From a virus (lineage: Duplodnaviria; Caudoviricetes), in the IMG/VR virus record IMGVR_UViG_2934069824_000002, positions 1 to 64,000 of that record: a stretch of DNA of 64,000 nt; one strand, written 5' to 3'. Positions 45,601 to 55,016 of the stretch are shown here, piece after piece. The notes under the pieces were generated by a model. It was not told the DNA's origin. It did not search any database and saw only the letters and a list, made by a program, of their open reading frames with translations. Both the position numbers and the translations under genes were made by a program. The first letter of the stretch is position 1; every line of letters starts with the position of its first letter.

Positions 45601-47195
45601 GACACGCTCGCGATGCGCCCCTGCCCGGTGGTGGGGGCGGTGCCCAGGTAGTACCGCTGCCCGGTGGTGACGTCCCGCCAGGTCGCGGTGATGAGGCTGG
45701 CTCCGCCGCCGTAGTTGCCGCTGTAGATCGACAAGCGGTTCCATTTCCCGGCGAAGGTGGCCAGCGCCCCGGTCGTGCTGAGGGAGAACGCCCCGATGAC
45801 CGTGCCGTCCCCGCTCAGCGTCTCGAGGCGGATGGCAGAGGAGGACGCGTAGAGAACCACCGATCGCATCGTGGCCCCGGCGATCGTGAGGCGCAGGACC
45901 TCCGTCTGCACGGGTGGCAACGTGGGCAGGTTGTACACCCATTCGATCTGCCAGCCGGTGACGGCGGCCGCCGGGACGCGCGCGAGCAGCGTCGTGCCGG
46001 CCTTCACGGTGGGGAGCGGAGCCGATCCGCCGAGGGTGTCCTCGGCCGCCCAGTTTGCGCCGGTCAGGGCTAGGGGCTGGGCACCGGGCACCGGACTGTA
46101 TGCCTGTGTGCCCGCGGTGGCGGACTCCTCCATCGGCCAGTACGCCAGCAGCGACGGAGCCGACGGGATACGCCTGCGGAGAGTCGATGCCAGGGCCTTC
46201 TGCCCTTGGCCCAGACGTCGGGTCGTGCCTGCTGCCTCGACCGGCACGTAGACGTCCTCGCCGGAGACGTCCCATCGGGCCGGCCACGAGCTGATCTCAC
46301 CGTGGAACCGGTACGCGCGGTCGCCGATCGCCGCAGCGGGGCCGAGAGTCCAGGCGCGGCCGGCGCTGTCGCTCCACCCGGTCGTCCCGGCGGGCAGGGC
46401 CCGAACGTCGAGGTCGGCGACCAGGGGGCCGTTGATGCCTGACCGGACCTCGGCCCGGTGCACGATGCCGCGCATGGGCGGCACTCCGGCGACAGCCTGC
46501 GGGGCGATCTCCAGCGGCGCGGTCCCCGCATAGATGCTCGTGGGCGGGGTGCTGGTGATCGGGTCCCCCACCTGGATCCACGGTCCGGAGATCGTGGCCC
46601 CCCAGTAGAACTGGATGGTGAACCCGGTCCCGTTGTTCACGTCCATCGTGGCCCGGAGTGCCGCCCGCCGGGGGAGCTCCGGCAGGGACCGCTGAGCAAA
46701 CACGCTGGCAGTCCCGGCGGTCGACCAGTTGAAGAAGACGACCCCGGCCTGGACCCGCAGCAGGTAGCCGCGCTGGTTGGCCGCACTGTCCCATTTGCCG
46801 ATGAGGGCCTGGCCCTGCGCGGCGGTCCAGTCGCACGTCGCCTCGATCCGCAGATCGAGGTCCCCGGTGATGTCGAGGGCGGCGGCGTCCGGGGTGCGGG
46901 CATAGGACGCGGTCGTGCCGTCCAACTGCAGGTACGACTCCGGCCCCGGCACGGACACCCGCACCGGGGTGTTGCGCCCGATGAGCCCGTAGTACGGGCT
47001 CATCGGGTTGCGCGGGCTGTAGCGGCCATGCCGGTTGTTGAGCTGGAACTCGCACGTGGAGTGCTCGAGGGACGACGCCTCATCGCCTGCCCCGCGGGTG
47101 ATGGCCATCGGCGTGCTGACCCGGACGTCCGTGCTGACGTCCGTCCACATCCCTCCGATCTGCAGCTCGGTACGGATGTCCAGGGGAAACGCCAT
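42699..47195 (-). CDS. Large minor tail/baseplate protein (1498 aa) with extra beta-rich domains
   Basis: Colinear with 6441..9647 plus an insertion of about 420 aa near the C-terminus. Confidence 0.85.
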   Translation of the reverse strand: MAFPLDIRTELQIGGMWTDVSTDVRVSTPMAITRGAGDEASSLEHSTCEFQLNNRHGRYSPRNPMSPYYGLIGRNTPVRVSVPGPESYLQLDGTTASYARTPDAAALDITGDLDLRIEATCDWTAAQGQALIGKWDSAANQRGYLLRVQAGVVFFNWSTAGTASVFAQRSLPELPRRAALRATMDVNNGTGFTIQFYWGATISGPWIQVGDPITSTPPTSIYAGTAPLEIAPQAVAGVPPMRGIVHRAEVRSGINGPLVADLDVRALPAGTTGWSDSAGRAWTLGPAAAIGDRAYRFHGEISSWPARWDVSGEDVYVPVEAAGTTRRLGQGQKALASTLRRRIPSAPSLLAYWPMEESATAGTQAYSPVPGAQPLALTGANWAAEDTLGGSAPLPTVKAGTTLLARVPAAAVTGWQIEWVYNLPTLPPVQTEVLRLTIAGATMRSVVLYASSSAIRLETLSGDGTVIGAFSLSTTGALATFAGKWNRLSIYSGNYGGGASLITATWRDVTTGQRYYLGTAPTTGQGRIASVSGAWDSTMEGMSLGHMAIFTTPGTGVLDAPPTTTIFEGADDGFLGESSLARIARLGAEEAATVDLVGRGSDYPDRSTRLGPQRPDTLLSLLEEIQNADGGILYERRDRTGLVYRDRRTLYNQPVALALDYTAPGEVPPPLDPVEDDQRLRNDVTVTRDGGTSARSVVATGPLSVQPPPDGVGPYDEALTLSLYDDNQPEPIAQWRTHLGTWDEARYPTISVWLHAAPHLVDDVLAMDIGDRVQVRNPPRWLPPDTIDQHVLGYTEVLDQFQWTLEMNCVPARPWTVGVVEDPVLGRADTDGSELAGAVAAADTVLPVTVTAGPSWVTAAPNVLADPGFESGTGAWACTRGASIGVVSHETGIVHSGTGALRVTRVHPTDTGTLNLWDPSAVQPAATGQTWAGGAWVRSGGAAANNMRVAIVWRDAGGVESFIYGAAPSVSAGTWTYLSVSATLPAGAVGVRLGVEGRSTWTVGEWWITDDVRLARTDTHTGPDMGDQFPFDVTVGGEVVTVHSIGSSTAPTVTDTFTRGALPPTVTDAFDRTVTGGWGTATTGQAWTNSGGTSADYAVGSGAGTVSAGVVNSSRFTQLSAVALADVDMQADITVPVVATGASISTGLRLRAASTADYYYVEVVRATAGTISVLLVSRVAGVSTTIAAAVSKGAYSGGQTWTVRARLVGSVLQAKLWATATAEPTGWDVQAYTTSIPAAGPVGTRTILSGGNTNALPVVATWDNVRVTAVGSGWGTSSSGHAWTRSGGSATEYTVDGGRGLIALTSVDSSRRIITGPTLADTDIRAAMTVPVVAATDSIDMAVMSRYQDSGTYYHAVLHCHADATIDVRIRKVVGGTYTTLSISSLLAGTYAAGDTYWIRLQTTGTSLQARGWRDGTAEPGTWQATATDGSITTAGQTGVRMNLQVNNTNALPVIVATDQFEVSGPVPFHVTRSINGIVKDQTAGTDLSLTHPMRAAL

Positions 47196-49960
47196 CAGGA
47201 GGTCCTCGTCTTTCCGTAGCCGAAGGTCTTCTGCACGTCACCGGTGCCGTCCTTGCGGACAATGCCGCGGATCAGCGCCTTGAACTCGGGAGCTCCGGCG
47301 AGCTCGATGATGAGGTGGTCCGTTGCTCCCACATCCGTGCCGCTGGCGCGGGGCTGCTGCATCTTCTTGATGCCGGGGACGTCGACCAGGTGGCGCATCG
47401 TCCGGTCCAGCGAGCCGCGGGCGCCCTCGGCCCCGACCTCCACGCCGGTCGGCACGTGCCGGCCGACCTCGCGCGCCATCACCCGCGACGGGGAGTTGAT
47501 GCCGAGCGCCTTCTTGATCGCCTTGGTCATGCCCTTGGCGATGGTGACCATCTGCTTCTCGATCAGCTTTTGCTGCGAGGCGAGGCCCTTGATCAGGCCT
47601 TGTGCGGCCTGAATGCCGGTGCCATACATGGCTGTTCCGGCGGTCGCCCCCGCGGCGGTCGCAGCGTTGCCGAGCGCTTTCTGCTGCGCGTTGAGCTGCT
47701 GGACCTGGGCGGACGACGCGTTCGCGAGAGCGGCGGCCGTGGCCGACCCCTGCTCCACTCCGGCCTGCCCGATCTGGGCGATGAGGTCGGCGGCCACCCC
47801 CTTCTTGCGGAGCTTGGCGAGGTTGGCGGTGAACTGCAGGGCCTGGGTGACCTTCGCGGTGAGACCGGCGATCAGGGAGGTGGCGGTGACGGGGACGTCC
47901 TGGACGAGCTGGGTGATGTTCGCGCTGTCCATGACGCCCTTGCGGACGTCCGCCATCAGCTTGTCGCGGGCCTTGACCTGCGCGGCCAGCCTCTTGCGGG
48001 CGTCCTGCAGCCGGGACGCGACGTTCGCGTCCCGCTTGGCCAGGGCCACCAGCGCCCGGGACCCGTCGCCGATCCTGCCCAGGGCCTTGGAGCGCTTCTT
48101 GCCCGGGGCGAGGCTGCCGCGGACGATACCGGCGAGCTTCTCGGCGGCGGCCTTCACCTGCTTCGCGGTGCCGAGGAGGCCGACTCCGAGGCCCTTGCCG
48201 ATCCACTGGCCCTGCGCCTTGGTGACTTTCGACGGCGACGCGATGCCGAGGGCCTTCGCGATCGGCCCGGGCACCGCCGACTTCGCGAAGCTCATCAGCT
48301 GGCCCTTGAGCCAGCCGCCCATGGACTGGATGCCCCGCCACAGGCCCTGCACCACGGCGATGCCTTTGGAGTAGAGCAGGTTGTTCAGGCTGGACAGGGC
48401 GGCGAGGATCCGGCCGGGCATGCCCCGCACGTACGCGATCAGCGCGGTGACCTTGGAGACGGTGCCGGACTTGATGCGGTCCCAGTGGTTCAGGAAGAAC
48501 TTGACGATGAACCAGCCGGTGACGAACGACAGGATCGTCATCAGCGTGCTCTTGATCTTCGACCAGACCCACGTCCAGGCGGCCGCGGTCCACTTCTTGA
48601 TCTTGTCCCAGTTCGCGATGATCAGGACGGCGAGGCCGATCACTGCGGCGATGACCCAGCCGATCGGACCCATCGCAATCAGCCACTGAGCGGCCATGAT
48701 GACGGCCCACGCGATGGCGCGGGCGGCCATGAGGGCGAACTGCACGGTGGCGGTGACCGCAGCCCGTACGACGGCGGCGATCCACGTGCCGATCGACAGG
48801 AGGGCGCTGCCCATCCACGCGGCGGCGGTCCGGGCCGCCGATACGACGGCTGCGGCACCGAGCCGGATGTAGGCCATAAGACCGACGGCCATCATCCGCG
48901 TCCAGGCGGTGACGGCCAGGTAGCTGGACGACGCCATGAGCCGGTTGGCGACGGCGACGCCGGCGGCCCCCACCTTGTAGCCGATCATCCCGACCTTGAC
49001 GGCGACCAGGACGGCGGCCAGCACCTTCAGCACCGGCGCGGGCGTGCTGTTGATGATGTTGGCCAGGTACAGGGCCAGCGTCGCGGTGGCCCCGAGCACC
49101 GGGGAGAGCGCCACCAGGAGCTTGAGGAGCGCTCCTGCGACCGCACCGAGGGTTTCACGGCCCTGTTCTGCGAGCGCCAGGAAGTCGGCCAGGCCGTCGC
49201 TGCCCTTGAGGCCGCTGCCCCACGCGGCGAACGCACCGGTCATCGAGACGAGGCCGCCGGTCATCCCGTCGGAGGCGGGGAGGAACGCCTGCAGCAGCCC
49301 GGCGACCCCGATCGCGAGGTTCTTGATGACGGTGAGGAAGTCGCGCAGCGCGGGGCCGGCGGCCTTCGACATGTCGTCGGCCCAGTCCTTGAACCGGGCC
49401 GACTTCACGCCCTTGGCGATGTCGTCGAAGAACCCCGAGAGAGCGCCGGCGGCCGCCTTCACGAACGGGGTGAGCATCGGCAGCAGGCGCCGCAGCAGCT
49501 CAATGCCCTTGGTGTAGACGGGCATGGTCGTGCTGGCCATGCTGTCGGACCACTTCTGGTGGTCCTTCTGCAGCCCGATGTACGCCTTCGCGGTCGCCCG
49601 GGTCGCCGGGGGCAGGTCAGCAAGGGCGGCGTTGTAGGCCTTCTGCGCCTCGGCGGCCTTCTCCCCGCCCTCCGCAGCCGCCTCCTGGGCGGCCGCAGCG
49701 AGCTCGGCGACGTTCTTGACCGCCTCCATCTGCGGTCCGGCCGCCGCCTGGAACGCCTTGTAGGCGAGGCCGGCCGCGACGGCCGCCGCGGCAATGCCCA
49801 GCACGCCCGTCGCGACGGCCGCCGCCACGGGGACACCGACGCCGAGGCCTGCGGCGGCCTTGGCGACACCCAGGAGCATCTTCTTGGCGCGGTCGGCACC
49901 GGCACGAAGCTGGTCGGTGTCGATGCCGAGACGCACCGTCATGGACGCGAGAGTCGCCAC
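47195..49960 (-). CDS. Tape measure protein (921 aa)
   Basis: Ala-rich; IIANWDKIK; ALGIASPSK and ALGINSPSR motifs; synteny. Confidence 0.9.
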   Translation of the reverse strand: MATLASMTVRLGIDTDQLRAGADRAKKMLLGVAKAAAGLGVGVPVAAAVATGVLGIAAAAVAAGLAYKAFQAAAGPQMEAVKNVAELAAAAQEAAAEGGEKAAEAQKAYNAALADLPPATRATAKAYIGLQKDHQKWSDSMASTTMPVYTKGIELLRRLLPMLTPFVKAAAGALSGFFDDIAKGVKSARFKDWADDMSKAAGPALRDFLTVIKNLAIGVAGLLQAFLPASDGMTGGLVSMTGAFAAWGSGLKGSDGLADFLALAEQGRETLGAVAGALLKLLVALSPVLGATATLALYLANIINSTPAPVLKVLAAVLVAVKVGMIGYKVGAAGVAVANRLMASSSYLAVTAWTRMMAVGLMAYIRLGAAAVVSAARTAAAWMGSALLSIGTWIAAVVRAAVTATVQFALMAARAIAWAVIMAAQWLIAMGPIGWVIAAVIGLAVLIIANWDKIKKWTAAAWTWVWSKIKSTLMTILSFVTGWFIVKFFLNHWDRIKSGTVSKVTALIAYVRGMPGRILAALSSLNNLLYSKGIAVVQGLWRGIQSMGGWLKGQLMSFAKSAVPGPIAKALGIASPSKVTKAQGQWIGKGLGVGLLGTAKQVKAAAEKLAGIVRGSLAPGKKRSKALGRIGDGSRALVALAKRDANVASRLQDARKRLAAQVKARDKLMADVRKGVMDSANITQLVQDVPVTATSLIAGLTAKVTQALQFTANLAKLRKKGVAADLIAQIGQAGVEQGSATAAALANASSAQVQQLNAQQKALGNAATAAGATAGTAMYGTGIQAAQGLIKGLASQQKLIEKQMVTIAKGMTKAIKKALGINSPSRVMAREVGRHVPTGVEVGAEGARGSLDRTMRHLVDVPGIKKMQQPRASGTDVGATDHLIIELAGAPEFKALIRGIVRKDGTGDVQKTFGYGKTRTS

Positions 49961-49991
49961 GGGGACCGGCCCCCTCTCGCTGCTCAGATGT

Positions 49992-50336
49992 TCAGTTGTC
50001 GGCGCGCACCCGGCCGCCCAGCGCGACGTTCGCCTGCATGGCCTTGGCGAAGAGCTCTTCGGGGGTGAGGGTGCGCTTGCCCTCCCAGGAGGGCAGGAAA
50101 TCGTTCGGGGTGAGCATGCGGCCCTTGGCCCGCTGGGAGTTGGCGATCACGGCGGCGAGGATCGCCATCTGAACGTCGCCGCGGTGACCGCCGAGCGGCC
50201 CCGTCAGCTGCTCTACTGCTTGCCACTCCGAGAGCTCGCGCGAGCTGACCCGCCCGAGGAGCTCGGCGACGGTGTACCCGAGGTGTCCGGCGAGCCGGAA
50301 GTAGAAGAGCCGCTCGGGGCGGCGTCGGAGTTTCCC
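49992..50336 (-). CDS. Tail assembly chaperone frameshift extension
   Basis: The -1 frame from GGGAAAC (50336-50330) reads KLRRRPERLFYFRLAGHLG...SRELSEWQAVE...DFLPSW. Confidence 0.75.
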   Translation of the reverse strand, partial: GKLRRRPERLFYFRLAGHLGYTVAELLGRVSSRELSEWQAVEQLTGPLGGHRGDVQMAILAAVIANSQRAKGRMLTPNDFLPSWEGKRTLTPEELFAKAMQANVALGGRVRADN

Positions 50337-50697
50337 GTCAGCTCCTCCACATCCTCCTGGGTGAGGCCGGAGAGGCGGTTGGCGACGTCGACAACGCGCT
50401 GCAGGGCCTCGGCGTTCTTGTCGGACAGGCGCTTGATCTCGCCGACGGACCGGAACATCTTGTTGCCGGCCTGGTCGACGAGGCAGGCCGCGGCGATCCT
50501 GGCCCGGTAGTACTCCAGGCCTTGTCCTTGGGCAGCTGCTTCATGTCGTTGCCGACGAACCCGGCCTCGAACCGGTCGCGTTCGGTGCCGGACATGCCCT
50601 TCACGCGGACGGTGCCGCCCCACTCGGGCACGGCGACGTCCTCGATGGCGAGGTCGTCGGCGTCGAGGATCTGCTCTGCGGACAGGTAGTTGGTCAT
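50213..50697 (-). pseudogene. Tail assembly chaperone gpG with apparent 1-bp frameshift near 50520
   Basis: N-half (EDVAVPEWGGTVR) and C-half (LEYYRARIAAACLVD...LTGN) lie in different frames. Confidence 0.7.
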
Positions 50698-50699
50698 GT

Positions 50700-51119
50700 T
50701 CAGATTCCCGGGTTCAGTACGGGCTTCCCCGACACCTTGAAGGTGAGGGACGCGGCCAGCTTGTCGTCGTGGGGGGCTTCGGGCTCGAAGCCCTTGAGGA
50801 TCGCCTTGAACGCCCAGTCGCCCAGCGTTCCGGGCCAGACCACCTTGTAGCTGCGGGGGTTGGGGTCGTCCAGGTCGGCGACCAGGGTGTCGTGCACGCG
50901 CGGGTCGTAGTTGATGTCGATGGACACCTCCCCGCCGTCCTTCAGACCGCCGATGTGCTCACGCCACTGGTCGGGCGACCCGTGGGTGGTGACGTCGATC
51001 GTTTCCCGCTCGAGGGCGGGGGGCGTGATGTCGGTGACGTTCGCGATGGCCGTGAAGACCTCCGGCCCCGCCCCGTTCCCGCGCTGCAGCTGTGTGCCGA
51101 AGGCATCCAGACCAGCCAT
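50700..51119 (-). CDS. Major tail (tube) protein
   Basis: RETIDVTTH...GGLKDGGEV...TFKVSGKP. Confidence 0.92.
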   Translation of the reverse strand: MAGLDAFGTQLQRGNGAGPEVFTAIANVTDITPPALERETIDVTTHGSPDQWREHIGGLKDGGEVSIDINYDPRVHDTLVADLDDPNPRSYKVVWPGTLGDWAFKAILKGFEPEAPHDDKLAASLTFKVSGKPVLNPGI

Positions 51120-51130
51120 GGGCTTCTCTC

Positions 51131-51532
51131 CTATTCCTTGGTCAGCCAGACCCGGTAGGCAACGTTGATGTGCCTGATGTCGGGGTCGGGGTCACGTACG
51201 TGCTGGTGTTGCTGATGGGCGACGGACACGTCCCGGAACCCGGCGACGGTCAGCGGCTGCCGGTCCAGGACGGCGTCCAGGGCGGCGAGGATCGCGGCGG
51301 CCTCCTTGATGCCGCGGTACTTCGACCAGATGTGCAGGACGAGGTTCACGGTCAGGCCCCGCTGGTTGTGAGCGTCGTCCACCACCTCCGTCGCCGAGCC
51401 GAAGCTGACGTAGGGGTGGGCGACGGTCTCGGGGACCTCGTCGAACAGCCCCTTCACCAGGGCCATGAACGCCGTGTCGGCGGTGAGCTTGGCGTACACG
51501 GCTTCCTGCAGGGGCCACTGGGACGTCGTCAC
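51131..51532 (-). CDS. Tail completion protein (DUF3168-like)
   Basis: LQEAVYAKL...FDEVPE...PYVSFG...LHIWS. Confidence 0.85.
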   Translation of the reverse strand: MTTSQWPLQEAVYAKLTADTAFMALVKGLFDEVPETVAHPYVSFGSATEVVDDAHNQRGLTVNLVLHIWSKYRGIKEAAAILAALDAVLDRQPLTVAGFRDVSVAHQQHQHVRDPDPDIRHINVAYRVWLTKE

Positions 51533-51912
51533 GGTCCGGCCGCCCCGCCCATGTGCCGGCGGAACGCGGCCCGGTAGGTGCGGGGCACTGCGGCCCGGTG
51601 CTCCTCGAACGCGGGGACGAGGTAGGGCTGATCGGGCATGCTGCTGGTGCCCTTCTCCACGTAGTACGCGTACTCGAGCTCCTCCGGATCCCAGACCCCG
51701 ACCTCAGCCCGCCCGTACTGCTCGGTGACCTTCTGGTCCAGGGCCTCCCACAGGTCGCCCTTGTCCTGCGGGACGCGGTCCTCGGCGGTATCTAGGACGC
51801 GGTCGGCCCAGTCGTTGAGGGTGTCCTTGCGGGCCTCGCGGGCGGCCTCGGGGATGCGGCCGATCGCGGCCAGGGCGCCCGCCAGGCCGTCCACCCGGTT
51901 GCGTCGGGCCAT
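51529..51912 (-). CDS. HK97 gp10-like neck protein
   Basis: VPQDKGDL...YAYYVEKGTSSMPDQPYLVPA. Confidence 0.85.
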   Translation of the reverse strand: MARRNRVDGLAGALAAIGRIPEAAREARKDTLNDWADRVLDTAEDRVPQDKGDLWEALDQKVTEQYGRAEVGVWDPEELEYAYYVEKGTSSMPDQPYLVPAFEEHRAAVPRTYRAAFRRHMGGAAGP

Positions 51913-51924
51913 GACCACCACCTC

Positions 51925-52251
51925 CTAGGGCAGTTGCAGGACGGCGACGGTGACGCTGGTGACGCCGCTGTAGGTGAGCGCGGCCCGGCCGGTAACCGGG
52001 TCGCGGTAGACGGGTCGCAGCGGCACGAACGCGGAAGCGCCGGCCGCGATCGAACGCGCGGTGTCCGCGATGGCCAGGCCGTCGGAGGTGCCCGGGGTGA
52101 CGATCGTCAGCGTGACTGGGGCCCCGCCGCCGTTGATGACGTGCAGGAGCAGGTTCGTGCCGATCGGCGCGGTGTCGCCGCCCACGGCCGCGGCCGCGTA
52201 CGCGGGGCTGAAACCGGCGGTGGGTACGGGCTGAGCAGTGAGTGCGGCCAT
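51925..52251 (-). CDS. Small virion structural/decoration-like protein
   Basis: AAAAVGGDT...LHVINGGGAPVTLTI; AGGAGG RBS; absent in prophage 1. Confidence 0.7.
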   Translation of the reverse strand: MAALTAQPVPTAGFSPAYAAAAVGGDTAPIGTNLLLHVINGGGAPVTLTIVTPGTSDGLAIADTARSIAAGASAFVPLRPVYRDPVTGRAALTYSGVTSVTVAVLQLP

Positions 52252-52265
52252 GGGCGGCACCCTCC

Positions 52266-52604
52266 TTAGGTGGTGAGGGGCTGGTCGGTGGTGCAGTCCG
52301 CCCGGAGATAGGTGCCGTCCACGGACGGCTCGAAGGTGGCGAACACCTTGTGCACCGCCCCGCCGGGCTCCCGCAGTTCGTCGCCGCGCCGTACGTCCGC
52401 GCGCGGGCTGAAGTACCACGTGAAGTCCAGGCGGGCCTGCGCCTGGTGGGCGGCCTGGCGCTCGCGGGCGGTGGGCTGGGAGCGGCGGCCGCGCGGCGTG
52501 GACACGTGGGCCCACACCTCGCTGCGGCCGCCCCCGCCGTCCTCCACGGTGGTGGCCCGCCACACCTGAACGGGCCGGTTCAGGCGGCGGCCGATGCGGC
52601 TCAC
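52266..52604 (-). CDS. Head closure protein
   Basis: EDGGGG...ADVRRGDELR. Confidence 0.82.
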   Translation of the reverse strand: MSRIGRRLNRPVQVWRATTVEDGGGGRSEVWAHVSTPRGRRSQPTARERQAAHQAQARLDFTWYFSPRADVRRGDELREPGGAVHKVFATFEPSVDGTYLRADCTTDQPLTT

Positions 52605-53194
52605 CGCGACCTCACCAGCTCGGCCCCGCCGCCGAAGCGGGCGGCCAGGCGCTCGCGCAGGTAGTCGGGGAGCTCCATCTCGGAGATCAGCCCGTCGTCC
52701 CCGTAGGTGACCGCGTAGTCGCCGATCCGCTCCGAGCGGATGTCGGCCGCGGCGATGCCGGTGCCGTCGTCCTCGGACCGGTGGGACAGGAGCGCCGCGG
52801 CGGCGATCCGGCACACCAGGTCGACGATGTCCGCGGGCACGTCCGGCAGGCCGTGCGTGTAGGTGATGGTGGCCTCGCTGGGGCCGCTGGTCCCGGCCCA
52901 GCCGGCGGCCCGCCACAGGCGACCGCCCGTCAGCCGCCAGTCGGTGACCGCCGCCCCGTCGAGCAGCACGCTGGCGACGGCGGTGACGGGCGGCCCGGGC
53001 AGCCGCAGGCGGGTATCCGCCTCGCCCTCCAGGGTGACGGTGGACGTCGTCTGGGAGATCGGGCACCCGGCTGCCTCCCGGACCGCAGACGAGGCGACCT
53101 CGAGGAACGTGCCGACGACGACCGTTTCGGATGGGTCGACGGTCAGGCCGCGGGCGGTGAGGTCGGCCACCGTCGCGAGGGGTTGCAGTGCCAC
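52601..53194 (-). CDS. Head-tail connector protein
   Basis: Homologue of 14362..14955. Confidence 0.82.
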   Translation of the reverse strand: MALQPLATVADLTARGLTVDPSETVVVGTFLEVASSAVREAAGCPISQTTSTVTLEGEADTRLRLPGPPVTAVASVLLDGAAVTDWRLTGGRLWRAAGWAGTSGPSEATITYTHGLPDVPADIVDLVCRIAAAALLSHRSEDDGTGIAAADIRSERIGDYAVTYGDDGLISEMELPDYLRERLAARFGGGAELVRSR

Positions 53195-53207
53195 GGTGGC
53201 CTCCCTC

Positions 53208-53747
53208 TCACTTCACCAGGTCGATCAGGTCGTCCTTGGTGAACGTCGCGGCGTCGTCGGCGGACAGGTGTCCCTGCCGGACCGCGTAGGCGATCCACTC
53301 GGACTTGGGTGCGTCCTCGGACGGCTTGCCCGTTCCCTTGGGCTGCGGCGGCTCGCCCGGGCGGGCGGCCTCCGGCTCCTCGGGCAGGTCCTGCAGGGCC
53401 GCCTTGGTGAGCTCCTCGGCTTCCTCCACCGTGTAGCCGTGGGCGCCGACCGCCCAGGCCACCCACTCGGCCTTCGGGGCCCGGTCGGACGGGCGCGGCG
53501 TGCGCCCGGCCGTCAGCGCACTGCCCCGGCCCGGGTCCACGTCACCGGTGTAGGGGGCGCCGTCGTAGGAGACAGGGAACGTCCCGCCGTACGGAGACCC
53601 GTCCTTGTTGACGCGGCGCAGGGTGCCGGTCGCCAGCCGGTCGGCGATCGCCTCCGGCAGGGGCAGGTCCATGCCGATGACCTGCCCGCCCTCCCCGCGC
53701 ACGTAGATGCCGGGCTCGGGTCGCTTCCTCTGTTCGTCCTCGGCCAT
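53208..53747 (-). CDS. Hypothetical head-region protein with duplicated small helical domain
   Basis: Two PS..APK.EW.A.AV...TK..L repeats. Confidence 0.7.
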   Translation of the reverse strand: MAEDEQRKRPEPGIYVRGEGGQVIGMDLPLPEAIADRLATGTLRRVNKDGSPYGGTFPVSYDGAPYTGDVDPGRGSALTAGRTPRPSDRAPKAEWVAWAVGAHGYTVEEAEELTKAALQDLPEEPEAARPGEPPQPKGTGKPSEDAPKSEWIAYAVRQGHLSADDAATFTKDDLIDLVK

Positions 53748-53748
53748 C

Positions 53749-54120
53749 TCAGGTGTTCCTCGGGATCTTGAAGGCGCTGATGCTGCCTGCGACGAACCCG
53801 GTGGCGATGTCCACCAGGAGGGACCCGTCGGCCTGGAGGAACCGACCGGACTCGAACGGTCCGATCCACCGGGTGGCACCGTTGCCGACGGCGACGACGA
53901 GATCGCCCATTGAGGCCGCGATGGCCGGGGGGTTCTGGCCGGCCTTGATGGTGACGTTGCCGCCGGTCGCTCCGGCGACCAGGCGCAGGACGGTGAGTTC
54001 GGGCACCGCCTTCGCGATGGTGTGGCCGTTGCCGACACCGGCGTTCGTCGCGGTGCCGGCCGGATCGGCGACGTCGGTGTTCGGCAGGAGACTGCTGTAC
54101 GGGACTGCTGTGCGTGCCAT
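53749..54120 (-). CDS. Probable capsid decoration protein
   Basis: MARTAVPYS...IGPFESGRFLQADG; directly after the capsid gene; absent in prophage 1. Confidence 0.7.
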   Translation of the reverse strand: MARTAVPYSSLLPNTDVADPAGTATNAGVGNGHTIAKAVPELTVLRLVAGATGGNVTIKAGQNPPAIAASMGDLVVAVGNGATRWIGPFESGRFLQADGSLLVDIATGFVAGSISAFKIPRNT

Positions 54121-54135
54121 GTGCGGGACCTCCTA

Positions 54136-54999
54136 TCAGGGGGTGGCGTCGATGTACGCCACGGCGATGCCCTCGGGGCGGATGAGCTTCGCGCCGTACA
54201 GCGCGAGGCCCTTCACGGCGTCCGAGAACGACGACTCGGGCCGGTAGGCCTCGGTCTTGTTGATCTGCTCGGCGAACGTGAGCGCCCCGTTCACTCCGGC
54301 CTGAACGACGTGGACGCCCGCGGTCGGCTCGGGAGCGTTGTTCGACTCGTAGATGCGGAACCCGGCGGCCTCGCCGACGGCACCGTTGCGCAGGGCCTCG
54401 GTCTGGCCGCTCTTGGAGTAGTCGGTGAACCGGTCGTCCAGGAGGAGGCTGGCGTAGCCCTCCGGGGGGACGATGCAGTACCGGTTCGCGGTGGGGGCGT
54501 TGGACCGCTTGAGCTTGGTCCGCAGCGGCACCAGGACCTTGCTGTAGAAGTCCCCGGGCGTGGAGTGCACGTTGATCGGGGCACCGGTGGAGCCGAGCAC
54601 GTTCGCGGGGACGGCCCCGGTGTAGAACCCGGCAACGTACCGCTCGGCGACGTCGGCCAGGGCGTAGGCGGCCTCGTTCATGGCCTGCGGCATGACGTTG
54701 CCCTTGGCCTGCCGCTTGTCGACGTCGTCGACCTTGAACGCCCAGTACTTGGACTGGTCGACGACCAGCGTGCGCTGCGCGTCGGTCAGCTCCTCCGGCA
54801 CGATGACCGTGGAGTTCGGCACGTAGGTACCGACGGTGGGCCGGGAGATCGACGTGATGCGGACGGTGTCGCCCGCCTCGGCGATCTCGCCCTCGTAGTC
54901 GCGGTTGACGACGGTGGGACCCGCGTAGACGAGCTCGTTGCGCCAGGCGACGAGCAGGCGCGCGGCCCAGATCTCGGGCCGGAATCGGGTGATGGCCAT
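54136..54999 (-). CDS. Major capsid protein
   Basis: FRPEIWA...VNRDYEGEI...GLALYGAKLIRP. Confidence 0.93.
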   Translation of the reverse strand: MAITRFRPEIWAARLLVAWRNELVYAGPTVVNRDYEGEIAEAGDTVRITSISRPTVGTYVPNSTVIVPEELTDAQRTLVVDQSKYWAFKVDDVDKRQAKGNVMPQAMNEAAYALADVAERYVAGFYTGAVPANVLGSTGAPINVHSTPGDFYSKVLVPLRTKLKRSNAPTANRYCIVPPEGYASLLLDDRFTDYSKSGQTEALRNGAVGEAAGFRIYESNNAPEPTAGVHVVQAGVNGALTFAEQINKTEAYRPESSFSDAVKGLALYGAKLIRPEGIAVAYIDATP

Positions 55000-55016
55000 G
55001 GTGGGTGGATCTCCTG

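Noticed and set aside
42247-46287. 1346-aa minus-strand ORF
   Set aside because: Arg/Gly-rich off-frame overlap of the tail gene; only the last 146 codons (42247..42687) are a real gene
5090-47195. Duplicated tail/lysin genes as a diversity-generating retroelement or assembly artefact
   Set aside because: No reverse transcriptase; differences are not adenine-specific; the copies sit in two distinct phage gene sets with many synonymous changes
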